The notes beneath the pieces are model-generated. The model did no database searches. It worked only from the letters and a program-made list of their open reading frames with translations, and was not told where the DNA came from. From Coniocarpon cinnabarinum (Eukaryota), in contig JAVECO010000030.1 of NCBI GenBank assembly GCA_051942205.1, positions 1-64,000 on the forward strand: DNA of 64,000 bases. Reading direction: 5' to 3'. The translations under genes were made by a program, and so were the position numbers. Below are positions 23,206 to 36,147 of the stretch, piece by piece; the stretch's first letter is position 1, and every line of letters starts with the position of its first letter.

Positions 23206-24574
23206 TCAGTCGCGACGTGCAAGGTTGATGCCATTGGCACGCTCCACGACTTGCCACACTTGATGGGTGGTATTTCGGTCTTTGGGCATCTCTTCTTTGC
23301 ACGACGAGAAAGCTTCGAAAGCCGCTTCATCACTCCATCCGAACATCTTGCGCTTCAGAACCTCACCAAAAGCCGTGCACGTATCTTCCGTGCAGCCTTT
23401 GCTCGGTCTTTCGAACAGAAGTGTGACCGAGGCACTTCGTAAATTTCGAGCTCTAGCGAATTCGAATACTGGTGAAGCCCAGTCTGCGTCCAGAGTGAGC
23501 TGGCATTTGTATTTGTGAGGTGGTGGCGGCACTACAAGCGTCAATGCCACGTTGGCGAGGTTCGGGGCCTCGTCCACCAATTGCCGGCATGTTCTTCTCC
23601 AGCTCTGGTAGAACCTCCCAATCAGCGGGCGACACTGCGCTAAGTGCGGTTCGCCATAATGCTTGATTTCGAGGCAAAAGGTGGTCATGTGCAATTTGCT
23701 TTCAGTAGAAAGGATTTTGGGCACAGGGTTCAGGTGCGCCCATTGCATTCGCTGTCTACTCTCATGTCAATACTCAACTTTCTTTTTCTCTGCAAGATGA
23801 TAAAATGACTCGCCTATCTGCAAGCTTGTCTTGCACGTCTAAAAATTTCCTCACGGCAACACTACTTCCAAAAGCAAAAGCTGTGCGTGAGTAGACGATG
23901 GGAGCGAATTCTTCGGCCAGTTGTTTGTTCACAAAGAGTAAAGACGCCCCGATGTTGCGCTCATGCAAGTCACCCTTCTCGATCTTTTTACGACGTGCAT
24001 ATGGCAGATTGCGACAGTGCAGCGGCTCGCCAAACAAACGATCCGCCAGTGCCAGGTGGTATCGACCTCTGCGGTCGTTGTAGCCCAAGCAGGGAAATAC
24101 ATCGGCTGGGATGCTGTTGCCTTCGTCACGGCTCCTGCACGCAGTAGCACGATGCATTATGTACCTGCCGAAATTTTCGGTGGTACTCATGATCACCAAA
24201 GCCGAGTCAAAGACGTACTCCAGTATCGGCTCCCGTACTTCCCATGGCAATTTGCAAAAGTGAGTTGGAGGTTGCTCTGGCCCTTGCACCTCCCGTGGAG
24301 GCGGAAGCGCTGGTAAGTTTTTCGAATGGGCGTGGCCAAAGCGAAGTCGTGCGCCATTGGTAGCGAGCTTGACGGTCGTCGGCTTCGCTGCCGCGGGATC
24401 ATCCTGAAACACAATCTCTGATGAAGCCAGTTTCTCGTTGACGGACTCGATGCATGGTTCCTTGGGTTGGGCATGCGTCTGAAGAGGTTGCTCAACTGAC
24501 GGACTAGGCGGTGAAGCTGACACAACATGATTATTCCGGAGACGACGTCGACGCCATCCGGGAACTCTAGCCAT
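23206..24574 (-). CDS. Hypothetical fungal protein with F-box-like N-terminal motif; complement(join(23206..23755,23814..24574))
   Basis: HFCKLPWEVREPILEYVF and SLLFVNKQLAEEFAPIVYSRTAFAF are typical of fungal F-box-like/DUF7730-type proteins; two ORFs are joined in frame by intron 23756-23813. Confidence 0.7.
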
Positions 24575-25383
24575 TTTTCTCGCGGGTTTTCTCGCGGGCC
24601 TTGAGAACAAGTCTACGTTGAGATTAGCAAAGACATCGAAGAACTGCGACGGAAGAGTTGAAGAGGGAGGTGTTTTGGTGATTCGAGAGTGGGATGGGAA
24701 TGAGTCAATGGTCCATTCATGGTATTGTCGAGAAGTTTCAGGTTGGAAAGCTTGTTCCTCTCTGCTCCACAGCAGCAGACTGAGCTCGTCTGCCCGCTGG
24801 TAGCCGACATCATGTGAATCGGGTTTCAGCGGCAGCCTCGGTGCTGCGAGCACACTTTTGACCACCATTTTCACCGGGCAAGAGTATTGGTCACTCAGTT
24901 GAGGTGAAATCTCGCCCGAAACGAGAACTTGGTTTGTCAGATCTCACGCATAGACATGCTGAGCCAACAGCATCACGATCGATCTGCGTTACCAGGGTTG
25001 GAACGTGGTGGTAGCAAACGTCCGTCGAGCTGCGTGAGCTGCATGAGCTGCATGAGCAATACGCCTGCAGGCGACACTGTGACAGCCAATACCAGCCGTG
25101 CCTGCCCGCTCAAGGGTCTAGGGAAACACACGTTGCCGCCCCAGTCCCCCCCCTCCAGTCCCAAGACAAGACACCGCCGTTTGCCGTCCTGTCGCCTGCG
25201 CTCGTGCCTCAATGTTTTCGCCTGATGTCCTCAGCTTCATGTCACGTGCAATCAATTGAAGTCTCGTCGTCGCCCTTGAGTCGTCATGGCACGTGAAGTC
25301 GAGTCTCTCTGATAGCTTGAAGCTAGCCACCTAGTCGCCCTGGCCGCCCATTGGACTTCCTGCTCGCCTTCGTCACTTGCAAC

Positions 25384-25737
25384 ATGCGCACCTTTATATC
25401 ATCTTCGCCCCTCCGCAGTCGCCTTCACCAGCCGTGTGCGCGTCGGATACTTTGCCCGCCTGCTGCGAGATATCTCACTTCCTCCCATTCCGCGGCAGAC
25501 GACCTGCAGAGATCTTCGTCTCCTGATCCACCTACGCCACCGCCCAAACCGCCTTCCCCGGCTCAGAGCCAACGACTGAGCTTCTGGCCATTCCTTGCCA
25601 TCTTCGCACTCGGTACAGGTGCCTTTGCGTGGATGGTTAGAAGCCGAGAAGGTGTCAACAGTCGACCCCGCTCGGCCAGTACGCAAAGCCACAAGGGACC
25701 CCTGATCCGGAAAGAGCAGGCCAAATCTGAAAAGTGA
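25384..25737 (+). CDS. Mitochondrial presequence + single-TM ORF; probable alternative first exon of URA6 (25384..25678)
   Basis: Arg/Ser-rich, acid-free N-terminus MRTFISSSPLRSRLHQPCARR..., TM FWPFLAIFALGTGAFAWMV; GTACGC donor at 25679 is in phase with acceptor TAG at 26094. Confidence 0.7.
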   Translation: MRTFISSSPLRSRLHQPCARRILCPPAARYLTSSHSAADDLQRSSSPDPPTPPPKPPSPAQSQRLSFWPFLAIFALGTGAFAWMVRSREGVNSRPRSASTQSHKGPLIRKEQAKSEK

Positions 25738-26045
25738 AGAGGTGTGTCACAAACCTTCTACGCGCTGCGGTGCAATGCATTAGAGCGCTCGTCACGGATA
25801 CATCTGTTTGCTCGACGCGGGTTCCCGTTTCGTTACTGGATTTGAACAAAGCCGCATTACAATTTCTCCGGAGCATCTCGCTTCGAGTCACCTTTAATGG
25901 CCCGCATGCGGGCATTGAAGCGGTTCCATGCATCCTCTTTTTTTCTCCTTTTTTCTTTGGTTTTTTTTTTTACCACCATAATGCTGGGCTTCTCAACCGC
26001 ACCTGGCTGTTCCACAAGCAGATCGTGGGACGGTCTGACAATTAA

Positions 26046-26826
<781 letters not shown>

Positions 26827-27741
26827 GGAGATGAAATGTAGTATCTACAGCAGAGCTGCTCCCAGCCTGTAGAGGAGCAGCGTGCACACACGATCTTCCA
26901 GAGATAGAACGATCTACTCCAACACTTGACGAATAGATGCTGGGTACAACGCCCAAGTACCGGCGAGTGGCACTGTTTCAAGCCTCGACTACAAGCGTCT
27001 TGCATCGAGACAGGCTCTCCACGTCGACCACCAGGGCGCTGATTGGTCGAACTGCAGCCGCCGAGCACCAAAAGGAGTCTAACTACATCCGTACGTTGAG
27101 TACTCTGAGTGGACAGCAGGGTGTGATTGGCCCCCTCGCGCTGCCAATACTCTTTGGTGCTCGCTTGTATTGCCCTCCACCACTGACGCTCCTTCTTCTG
27201 CACCTCGCCTCACCTCGTCCTCTTCACCTGCGCGCCACTAACGCCCTTCCAGCACAACGCCCATCCCACCGCGGCCGTCGCCATGCTGCAGGCGCCCTCC
27301 CTCTCCGCCAATGGCAGCCCCGTGCCTCACAATCCCACCCTTGCTGCCGGAGGGGTCCTCATGCATGCCCGGTGTCTATCTTGAGCCCATCCCACGCCCA
27401 CCACTGCTGTCCCTCAGCCTAAGCGCTCACCTCTTTTCCCTCTTGAAACTGGCTCTCCTCCACAGCGCCTCCATGGTCGGCGCCCACTGGCCATTCGTTT
27501 TATCGCGCCCAGGTGCTCCTCTTTCATCCATCCTCCTGCTTCCTCTTCCTCTGCTCCGTAGTAGCCTTTCCTTTTCCTTTTCTTCACTGTTTCCTTTACA
27601 CGCCCAGGCAGTGCCTGCGTGAGTTTGAGAGCAAGCGACTGTCGGAGTAGAGCTTCAGTGCAGCTGTTCTCATCTAACTTGTCGTCTGGGCTTGACGAGT
27701 AGCGCTTGACTTCTTTTCGCTGAGCGCTCTCGCGAAAGACC

Positions 27742-29400
27742 ATGTCGGCAGAAGACAAGAAGACACCGCAGGTCATGGTTACCAGGGCCGACTCTGCAGA
27801 CTCCAACGCCTCGCTCAAGTCACCCAGGACGCCCCGCTTCATCGAGGCTACTGCCGTCAACTCGCCCGTCGATGGCCCATCAGACGCCGGCCGGGCGCCC
27901 TTCAATGAGCAGCAGGCCAAGACACAACACCTTGTCCCGCAAGCGCAGCCGGGCGACATTGGCTTCGGCTACATCGGCGACAGGGCATCACAGCACTACG
28001 GTCAACAAGTCGTCGAGATGCCCATGACACCCAAATCACCTCTGAAGAGCGCACTCAAGTCGCCAGGCGCCCCACCACGACAGATCACCCAGAACCCGCT
28101 CAGTCCCACATGGCGAGAAGAGGAAGACCTGGAGAAACAAGAGGGTGTGACGGAGAAGGAGCAAGCCAAAGACCTGGTGAGTTTGCTTGCATTGAGTCTT
28201 CCACTCTTCACATGACCATCAGATGAGCTTCTGCTGACAGAATGTGAACAGCGCGTCAAAGTCCGCGTCCGGGTCGCCAAGATGGCTCTCCGCTTCACTA
28301 ACTTTTCCTGCTCACTCATCGTTCTGGCTATGATTAGTACGACCTTCACCATCTTCAATGCCTCCCGCAGCCTACCACCGCGCAACTCGCTCCCGCCCTG
28401 GGCCACCTCCACCGTCAAGTGGCCCGCAATTTTATTACTAGTCATCTCCTGCATCTCCCTCTTCATGTCCATCGTCGTATTCTACGGCTACTGGCGAGGC
28501 GGACATCGCCGCGCTGAGAAAGCTGCAGTCTACTACACCGTTTTCTCAGTCGGTTTCTTCGGCTTCAGCATCATCATGTGGGGAGTCGGCGCCGCAGCAC
28601 TGCAACAGACGCACAACAACGCCGGCGGCAACGACATCTGGGGCTGGAGCTGCAAGAACAATCCCCGCAAGACCCTCTTTGAAAACGAGGTGAACTACGA
28701 CCTCGTCTGCCGCTTACAGAACTGGTCCCTCGTGTGCTGTCTGATCGAGGTCATCGTCGAGGTCATCACCATCCTCATATACGGCATCGTGTTCTACCGC
28801 TACTACTCAAAGCGCCGTCTCCGGAAGACCATGGCCAAGCGCGACACCGCGCGTTCCGATCTCTACCTCGCGCAGCTGAGAAGCCAATCCGCGCCCAATA
28901 CACCCGGTCTCAAATCGCCGCTCAGTCCCGGTATGGGTGGCTACAACCCGGCGTACAGTCCTCGTTTTGCCGGCGCGGAAAAGCAACAAGCCTCGCAAGG
29001 CTCCATCAACGAGATCGCCGCCAACGAAGAAGGCGTCCGCTACATTACTGCACCATCTCAGCCCTCGTCCGAAAAGCCCTTCCAGCTCGCGCGACCGCCA
29101 CCAAAGAAGAACACACCCAAGCAGGAACAAAATGGCTTCGATACCAGCATGACGCTGCATCAGCCCATCCCACAACGAGCGACAGCCGTTTCACCGGCGC
29201 CGGCCACGCCTGGTCCACAAAGTCCGGGACCGGCCAGTCCTGGGCTTGCCCGCTCAGAGACACCGAAACATCAGCCGGCCGCGCCCGGGGAGCAGACGTA
29301 CGCCGCGGTTCCCATTCCGGGGGCGTATGCGAGTCCGATCAATAGTCCGACGCACCCGCCTAACACGGCCACGGCGGCGACGTTTCAATCACTGCATTGA
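27742..29400 (+). CDS. ham-8: Hyphal anastomosis protein HAM-8-like 4-TM membrane protein; join(27742..28176,28252..29400)
   Basis: Conserved blocks PRTPRF.EAT.V.SP, PMTPKSPLKSA, NPLSPT, EQAKDL|RVKVRVR, YWRGGHRRAEK, DIWGWSC, RSDLYLAQLRSQSAPNTPG, recognised from Pezizomycotina HAM-8. Confidence 0.8.
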
Positions 29401-29908
29401 GTTTGGATTTAATGATTGATGGATTGTGGTGGGTTGATACCTGTATGATGTATATATGAGTGGATTAGAATATCAATCTTTGATCTACGATGCGGAACTT
29501 TGTTCGCGTATTTGATGCTTTTAGATTTGCTATTATACGTGGTCCGTGGCTTATTTGCAATTGGCAAGACAGATGATCTTGCAAATGGAGGGCGCTTTGC
29601 GCATGTCGTGACTTCGCGCGTGTGAAGGACGTCCGTTGCTTTTGTTGTTGTTGTTTGAATCTCTAGCCATACTTGCGTAGATGTTCATTACTCATCCTGG
29701 ATTTGATCCTTGTAGTCGGGCCGTACCTCGCCAAACATCCATCTTTCCAGCAGTTACCTTCATGCGCAATGCAGCTCCTTAATCTATCCCTCGGCGCAAT
29801 TGATAACCCAAATCCATGTAGAGCGCTTTCCAAAGGCCAACCATCCCTCCAGCATCGCCCACAGATCTCACTTCATACCTCACTGCTCTCACTACCTGTC
29901 CCGACTCC

Positions 29909-31043
29909 TCATAATTTACTCTCCCTCGCAACACATTCCCTCGCCCCCTCCAAAGCCTTACAGGCTTCTTGCACCATCGCCTCCACGATCTCGCTCGCAG
30001 CAGGCACATCCTGAATCAAGCCCGCCACCTGTCCCATCAAAAACGGCATATCCACATCCCGTCCCTCGTCCAAATCCTGAGCCATGGGTACAACCCCCAC
30101 TTCTGTCAACTTTTTGACTTCATCCGGTCTCTTCTCCCAAGAGGAGATGTATTCGTTCATCTGCACTCGCAGTGGTCGTCCCGTCACCACCTGTGTACGG
30201 ACTGTATCCTCGAATTTCGCCTCGATGACCGCGTTCTTATGTTGGAGCGAGCAACCCGCTTCTTTTGACGCGACGAAGCGCGTCCCCACCCAGACGCCCA
30301 CCGCGCCTTGTGTTAATGAGCTTGCGAGCCCTCGGCCATCTTTGATCCCGCCCGCAGCCACGACCATCGCGTCTTCTCCCGTGATTGGACTCTTATACCG
30401 TCGCGCCACGTCCACGACCGCAGGGATGAGAATGGAACTCGGGATCTCGCCGGTGTGGCCGCCGCCTTCGCTGCCTTGAGCACAGACGATATCGACGCCG
30501 GCTTCCAACGCCTTTTTCGCGTGTTTCGGATGGCCGACCATATTCATGACCGGAATCCCCGCCTTGTGTAATCTGCTGATCACGTGGTCGGGTGGCACAC
30601 CAACGGCGGACACGAACAATCGCGCACCGGCTTCAATGGTCACGGTGATGAGTTCGTCGAGTTGGCCGTGGGTGTAGTCGTGATTGGTCTTGCGAGCGGA
30701 GCCGCCGACTTGAGGGAGGGCGAGGTCGACGCCGAAGGGGAGGTTGGGGTCTCGCAGGAGGGATTTGAGCTCTGTGAGTAGTTCTTTGAGTTGGCGGGGG
30801 GTGTAGCCTAATCCGCCGATGGTGCCGAGGCCGCCGGCGTTTGAGACGGCGGCGGCGAGGGGGGGTCCGGATGTGCGTGCCCTGTTTGGATGTGTTTGTG
30901 AGTATGGTGGTCTTTCAGAAATTCGAGGACCTGGGGAGAAGGAGGGAGGAAAAGGAAGTAGTGAGAGCTTACATGCCTGCGAGGAGGATGGGGTGGGTGA
31001 TTCCGAGGTGGCGGGTCAGTGGTGTTTGGAGGGTTGGAGACAT
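29909..31043 (-). CDS. Nitronate monooxygenase / 2-nitropropane dioxygenase family; complement(join(29909..30881,30973..31043))
   Basis: LGITHPILLAGM|ARTS..LAAAVSNAGGLG, AQGSEGGGHTG, VVAAGGIKDGRGLA, GVWVGTRFVAS, MGQVAG. Confidence 0.92.
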
Positions 31044-31550
31044 GGTGGATAGAAATAAAGAGGTCAACGACGAAGGATGGAGGTCGAGTGAGTTGAGTTG
31101 GTAAATAGCACTTCTTCAACGCATTGATGCGTAGTTTTGGTACCAATTATACAGTCTCTTCAAACCAAGAGGAAGCAGGACAGAGGCGCGTACGCTTGTA
31201 GCTACAAGAATCGGGCGAGCTCGTCTAACGCTGCTCGCAGTAAACGTGACAATGTGGATGGAAGTTAAGAGGAATTGCAATGAGATAGTGATAGAGTGCT
31301 AAGGTTGTTTCCCCAGATTTCGGAACGGGCGCTACCGCACCTTATTCAAGCTGGTGGGGTTGGATTGGAGCGCGGCGCCGAGGCTATTCGGCACGTGGTG
31401 GCCTGGAAAATGAGGCACTATTTGCCACCCAATCACGGAGACCGAAGCATAATTGAGCATCATCTCTCGTTCAAATATCAAGTTCGGTCACGTCTCTAAA
31501 CAGCACATTGGTCGCAGAGCTCGATCGTAGCTCATTCTTTGCCTGCGTGC

Positions 31551-33689
31551 TCACGATTCGTGAACTCGTTCCTGGAAGAAGAGTTGCAGACGTCCCGGCG
31601 ATGGCGTAAACGTGTCAAGTAAATCGTGCAACACCTCGTCGCCGTCAAATCCTGGAGCAAATCGAACATGGAACCTTTTGACCAGAGACGCAGTGACTAG
31701 TCTGAGTTCAGACAGCCCTAGGCGCTTTCCAATGCAGTTGAAGCGACCTTCAGGATGATTCAGCAAGGACATCAACTGCTATCGCGCGACATACGTACCA
31801 ATACCAAATGGCACGAAAGTTCGCAAATCTTTTATCATCTCAGGTCTGCTGGTCCACCTCTCTGGAATGAATTCTTTTGCGTCTGTGAAACAACTTTCTA
31901 CTGTGTAAAGTGAGCTGATAATTTCAATGACCCTCAATGCTGGTGACGCTCACATTTACCCGTTGTCCACCTCGGAGCTATGATTGTTGTGTTTCCCGGT
32001 ATGAGCCGGCCACCGATGAATGCTCCTTCTGGGGGACTTTCTCGGAGTCCACCAGTTGCTAACACAGGATGAAGACGGAGAGTCTCGTTGATCAACGCGT
32101 TGAGATATGGTAAGTGCTGAAGATCCTTGGGACTTCGAATGTCGACACCCTCTAGTTCGGCATGGAGCATATCTGCGCGCACCGGATCTTGGGCAAGCCT
32201 GAAAAAGAGGAAAACGAGGGTAGCAGCAGCAGTATCGCTGCGAACGTTAGGTCATCGTCCCAGAAAGCGCTTGCTCGTGACAAGGTGCGTCTTAGCTCAA
32301 CTCACCTGCCAGCGAGTATGGCTAGCACTGCATCACCTCGTAGCCATCTCTGATCGAGATCAGTCATACCGTTCTTTTTGGCCTCGGCTATAAGAGAGCG
32401 GAAAATATCAGTTTGACCATTGTCTCCCTGTCTAAAATCAGCGCTTCTGCAACGTCTGCTCCAATGCTAACTCACAGCGATCCTCTCATGAAGACACTGG
32501 TGGCAAACATGTTGCATTGCAAACCAGTCGCGGACAATGCTGAAGCGATACAAGAATTTGAATCCAATATGCGCGAGCCAAGGAACTGGAGTTGCTGGTC
32601 CGAGAAACTTCATAGCTCGGTGAAGCATAGTAACTGCGATGTGCCATTCTCGGCCCTCTAACATGCGGAAGGATTTAGAGAAAACAACTTCGCCCATAAC
32701 CTGGAGACATGTCAGACGACCATTACGAATGGCGGGATCGAGTCAAGCTTACGTCCCAGCCAAACCAGTAAAACACGTCAGAGGCATTGATGCTTTGACC
32801 AGTGGAAGCAGCTGATGCGATGAGGCTTTCCAGCTGCTCAACATATTTCAATGTGTTGTCCTCGTACTCGGCAATTGCTGATCAGTAAGTGTCAGCAAAG
32901 CAAGACCAAGGGCACTCAACTTCGTTTCGTTCTCCAGCCAGCCATGAAACCTTTGTCTGGGTTGTAATTCAAGAGGCGGAGAAGAGTAACCTGATGGTAA
33001 TAAAACCCAGAATACGATGCTGCGGAAGTGCACAGAAAGCCACTGGTTATTCATACCTTTGGACCCAAAAGCTCTGTCCCAAACTCTCCTCCTTGCATCG
33101 TGCTCTTTTCGACCGCGACACGACACTACCGAAAGGTCCGGCCAAAGATTGTCATACCAGTTTGCTTTGCGAAACTTGCTTCCGGTGCCGTCTATCGCTT
33201 GATGGACACCTGGATCGAAGATGGCTAGCTCATTCGGGCCTGGGAGAATAGCATGAGGTCTGACAAAATTCATTGCTTCTGCCATCGAGTAGTCATACCT
33301 GTGCGTACAAAATCACCGTACTGCTTGTGTAGGTCGTCCAGCAGAAGGTGATTTTTGGCATCCAGACATTTGTACAGATGCCACAGTTTACTGATCTTGG
33401 CAGGCAGTGGCCCTGAGAATGAGCTCAACGGGCTCGACAAAAGCCGATGAGCAACGATGCTGGTAAACAGTGAACTCAGGTATGTGGCTGTGATCTGTGC
33501 AATAAGAAAGAGCTTAATATATGATTGCTCTGATTTGAGCAAGAAAATCGCGTATGATAATGACGCGAAAGCAATAATGTGAAAGATCAAGATCCAAGGA
33601 GCCTGAAGATGCCATTCTCCTTGCCTAAAGATAGCTCTATGGACCCCAACGCCAAAACCAATAGCGACAAGAACCTCTTTCAATGCCAT
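31551..33689 (-). CDS. Cytochrome P450 monooxygenase, 8 exons: complement(join(31551..31747,31799..31900,31954..32237,32306..32427,32476..32700,32753..32877,33057..33239,33299..33689))
   Basis: All seven introns are GT..AG and phase-compatible; I-helix ILAGS|DT, ETLRLHP (ExxR), FIPERW, heme motif PFGI|GRFNCIG; N-terminal TM segments. Confidence 0.93.
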
Positions 33690-34415
33690 TGCGGTTGTTC
33701 TGGCCTGCGCTCTTGAATGAATGCATCTGGTGGACTGCCATGAGAGCTTTCCCATTCTTAAGTGTCACAATTACGACGGGACACGTATTGAATAACGGTC
33801 GATATCAGGACTCATCAGCCGATCTGTAGCCGTTGAGTTGAGCATACTGCAATCGCCACCAAGCGTTGCTTCAGGCGAATAGACTGCACTTTGCCCCTCG
33901 CGCTCCTACGCCCTGTTCGCACTTCTTCGGTTTTTGGAAGTCGGGGTCGGGTTTGTCTTGGCTGCGATCCTGGTCCCTCCTCATCGATTCACCAATGCGC
34001 TTGAGCAGCTGCTGCATAATGCGCATCGCTCCGATGCCATGATGTTACACCAAGCGAGTCTGCCTAGCCTTCGCCGCGGACTTAAATGCCGTCAGCAGGT
34101 ACGTATCGCTGAGCTGGAGCAACATCGATGGCGGTGCGTAAACTTCGCCAATCGCTGTGCTGCTTGCGAGAGTGATGGATTTGAGATCCAAGCCTGGGCA
34201 CGTCGAGTCTTGCCAAAAGTCCGTGGAGTCTTGCCAGTAAGGTTTTATCCGATCCTTCACTCCCTCAAGGCAAAGAGAATACGTCGCGGCAATCTATGCC
34301 AAATATCTTCAGGGGGGTAAAGGCAAGGAGCATACAACCCATCATGCTCTTTTTCCTTTACCTCCGATCGCCCTTGTGCAACTGCGAAGAGAGACTTCAA
34401 GATTACCCATACGAA

Positions 34416-35492
34416 ATGCTAAAGCACAGCCAGCGCTCCATGCTTTCCTTATACACGGGAAACTCTATTGCCGAACGCCCCGGACATTATGTCCAAACAG
34501 TCGAAGAGAAGTCCAAGCGCTACCAACAGCGGGCTAGAGCGGGATCTCCATTCCTTACCTTGACCACACAGCTCCATTCGTTTTTGTATTTTATAACATA
34601 TCACTTATATTCTATTTGGCTCTTCACACGAAGCGACATCAAAACCATAATTGCACCGAGCACCCTTTTTGCTATTCTACAAGCCTTGGCAGATCTGAGA
34701 TGTACCTCACGTTCAACGACTCTCGAGCTATCCGTGTGGGCGGCTTGTCGAGCCCCAGTAGCGGCATTTTGGGCATGGATCAATCTTGTTCCATTTGCGA
34801 TCGACAACCAACGCCAGCAGGCTGCTATTCTTGAAGACGCCGCGAACAAGCCTTGGCGCACTCTTCCATCAGGTCGAATGCATCCCGGCACGGCTACGAA
34901 ACTAATGCTCCCACTCTACCCTTGCGCCATTCTGAGCAGCTACATGATAGGTGGCCTGCGACAATGTCTCGCACTGATCGTGTTAGGCTTTTGGTACAAT
35001 GATCTGGGGGGCAGCGACGGCAGCTGGACCATTCGCAACTTCATTAACGGATGCGGCTTTGTGGCCTATACGTCAGGAGCACTTGAAGTAGCGCTACGGG
35101 GCAGTTCCACGACCCTGGATCACAAAGTGGGAATATTCTTCGTCGTCCTATTCTTGATCGTCTTCACAACGGTGCACACTCAAGACATGTATGATCAAGA
35201 CGGAGATCGCCAACGCGGACGACAAACAGTGCCGCTTGCAATAGGCGATGTGCCAGCTCGGTGGATGATTGCGGTGAATGTGTTCGTGTTCTCAATTGTT
35301 TGTACCTTATTCTGGGGTGTGTCTCCGTCTACGGCATCGTGGAGTGGACACATATTCCAGCTGGCAATTGGGGGGATTGTGTCGATCAGAACGTTAACGA
35401 AACGCTCGGTGGAAGCGGACAAGGATACATTTCGATTGTGGAATCTGTGGCTGGTTTCGATCTATGGCTTGCGGTTGATCAATACTATTTAG
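34416..35492 (+). CDS. UbiA-family intramembrane enzyme, Fma-TC-like terpene cyclase clade (start may be 34296-34440)
   Basis: Intronless multi-TM ORF; YHLYSIWLFTRSDIKT, NQRQQAAILEDAANKPWRTLPSGR (NQxxxxxxEDxxNKPxRxxPSG), FWYND, HTQDMYDQDGDRQRGRQTVP (QDxxDxxGD). Confidence 0.88.
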   Translation: MLKHSQRSMLSLYTGNSIAERPGHYVQTVEEKSKRYQQRARAGSPFLTLTTQLHSFLYFITYHLYSIWLFTRSDIKTIIAPSTLFAILQALADLRCTSRSTTLELSVWAACRAPVAAFWAWINLVPFAIDNQRQQAAILEDAANKPWRTLPSGRMHPGTATKLMLPLYPCAILSSYMIGGLRQCLALIVLGFWYNDLGGSDGSWTIRNFINGCGFVAYTSGALEVALRGSSTTLDHKVGIFFVVLFLIVFTTVHTQDMYDQDGDRQRGRQTVPLAIGDVPARWMIAVNVFVFSIVCTLFWGVSPSTASWSGHIFQLAIGGIVSIRTLTKRSVEADKDTFRLWNLWLVSIYGLRLINTI

Positions 35493-35643
35493 TTTGCCAT
35501 GTTATCTTTAATTTGCAGTCTGTTCGCCGATGATGCGATCAATATGGATTCTTGCGAACAATAAAATCTCATGGTTTACAGCCAGTGAAGACACAGGTCA
35601 TGCAAAATGTGGGGAGTCGGGCGGAAAGAGCTAATTCAAGTAC

Positions 35644-36147
35644 CTAGTTCCTCGCGACCTTAGCAGCGCGTGAACGCTTAGGCTGTCGACACAGCACGAC
35701 GCCTCGAATCCGTTCAAAAACCCGTGCGAGACCGCGCTTTTTGGGTCCCGTCGCCGGCGTCGGCGTCTGCGTCGTGTGAGGTGTCGAAGTGGCTGACGTG
35801 CCAGTCCGGATCATGAGCTCTTTCCGCAATCTCTCGTGTTTTTCCCGGGGCGTTTCCTGCGGACTAGTTCCCCAGAACGAATCAGGCGCTGATGCGAATT
35901 TGACGGCGAAGCCGGGGTTCAGTCGTGACTGTGACTGGCCGTTTGCCTCTTTCTTTGATGGTTTAGCTGACCCCTTCTCCGGCGATTCGTGAGCTTGCGC
36001 CTTGAGTGTCTTTGAGGATGGCTCCTTGGGTGGTTCTGAGATTTGTTTCTTTGTTGGTTCTGCAATTTGTTCCTTGGTTGCCTCTGAGAGATGGTCCTTG
36101 GATGGCTCTTTGGACTGGTCCGGTGATGACTCTTGTGACCCTCCCAT
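35644..36147 (-). CDS. Hypothetical low-complexity protein with 8-aa E-x-x-K repeats
   Basis: 167-aa ATG ORF with EPSKDHLS/EATKEQIA/EPTKKQIS/EPPKEPSS repeats (24-nt period) and a basic C-terminus. Confidence 0.5.
   Translation of the reverse strand: MGGSQESSPDQSKEPSKDHLSEATKEQIAEPTKKQISEPPKEPSSKTLKAQAHESPEKGSAKPSKKEANGQSQSRLNPGFAVKFASAPDSFWGTSPQETPREKHERLRKELMIRTGTSATSTPHTTQTPTPATGPKKRGLARVFERIRGVVLCRQPKRSRAAKVARN

Noticed and set aside
29909..31043. Nitronate monooxygenase as a member of the terpene cluster
   Set aside because: Widely conserved gene with core-like codon usage; adjacency alone is insufficient.
33934..34320. ORFs inside the P450-UbiA intergenic region
   Set aside because: Short, with non-ATG or weak starts and no homology; treated as promoter.
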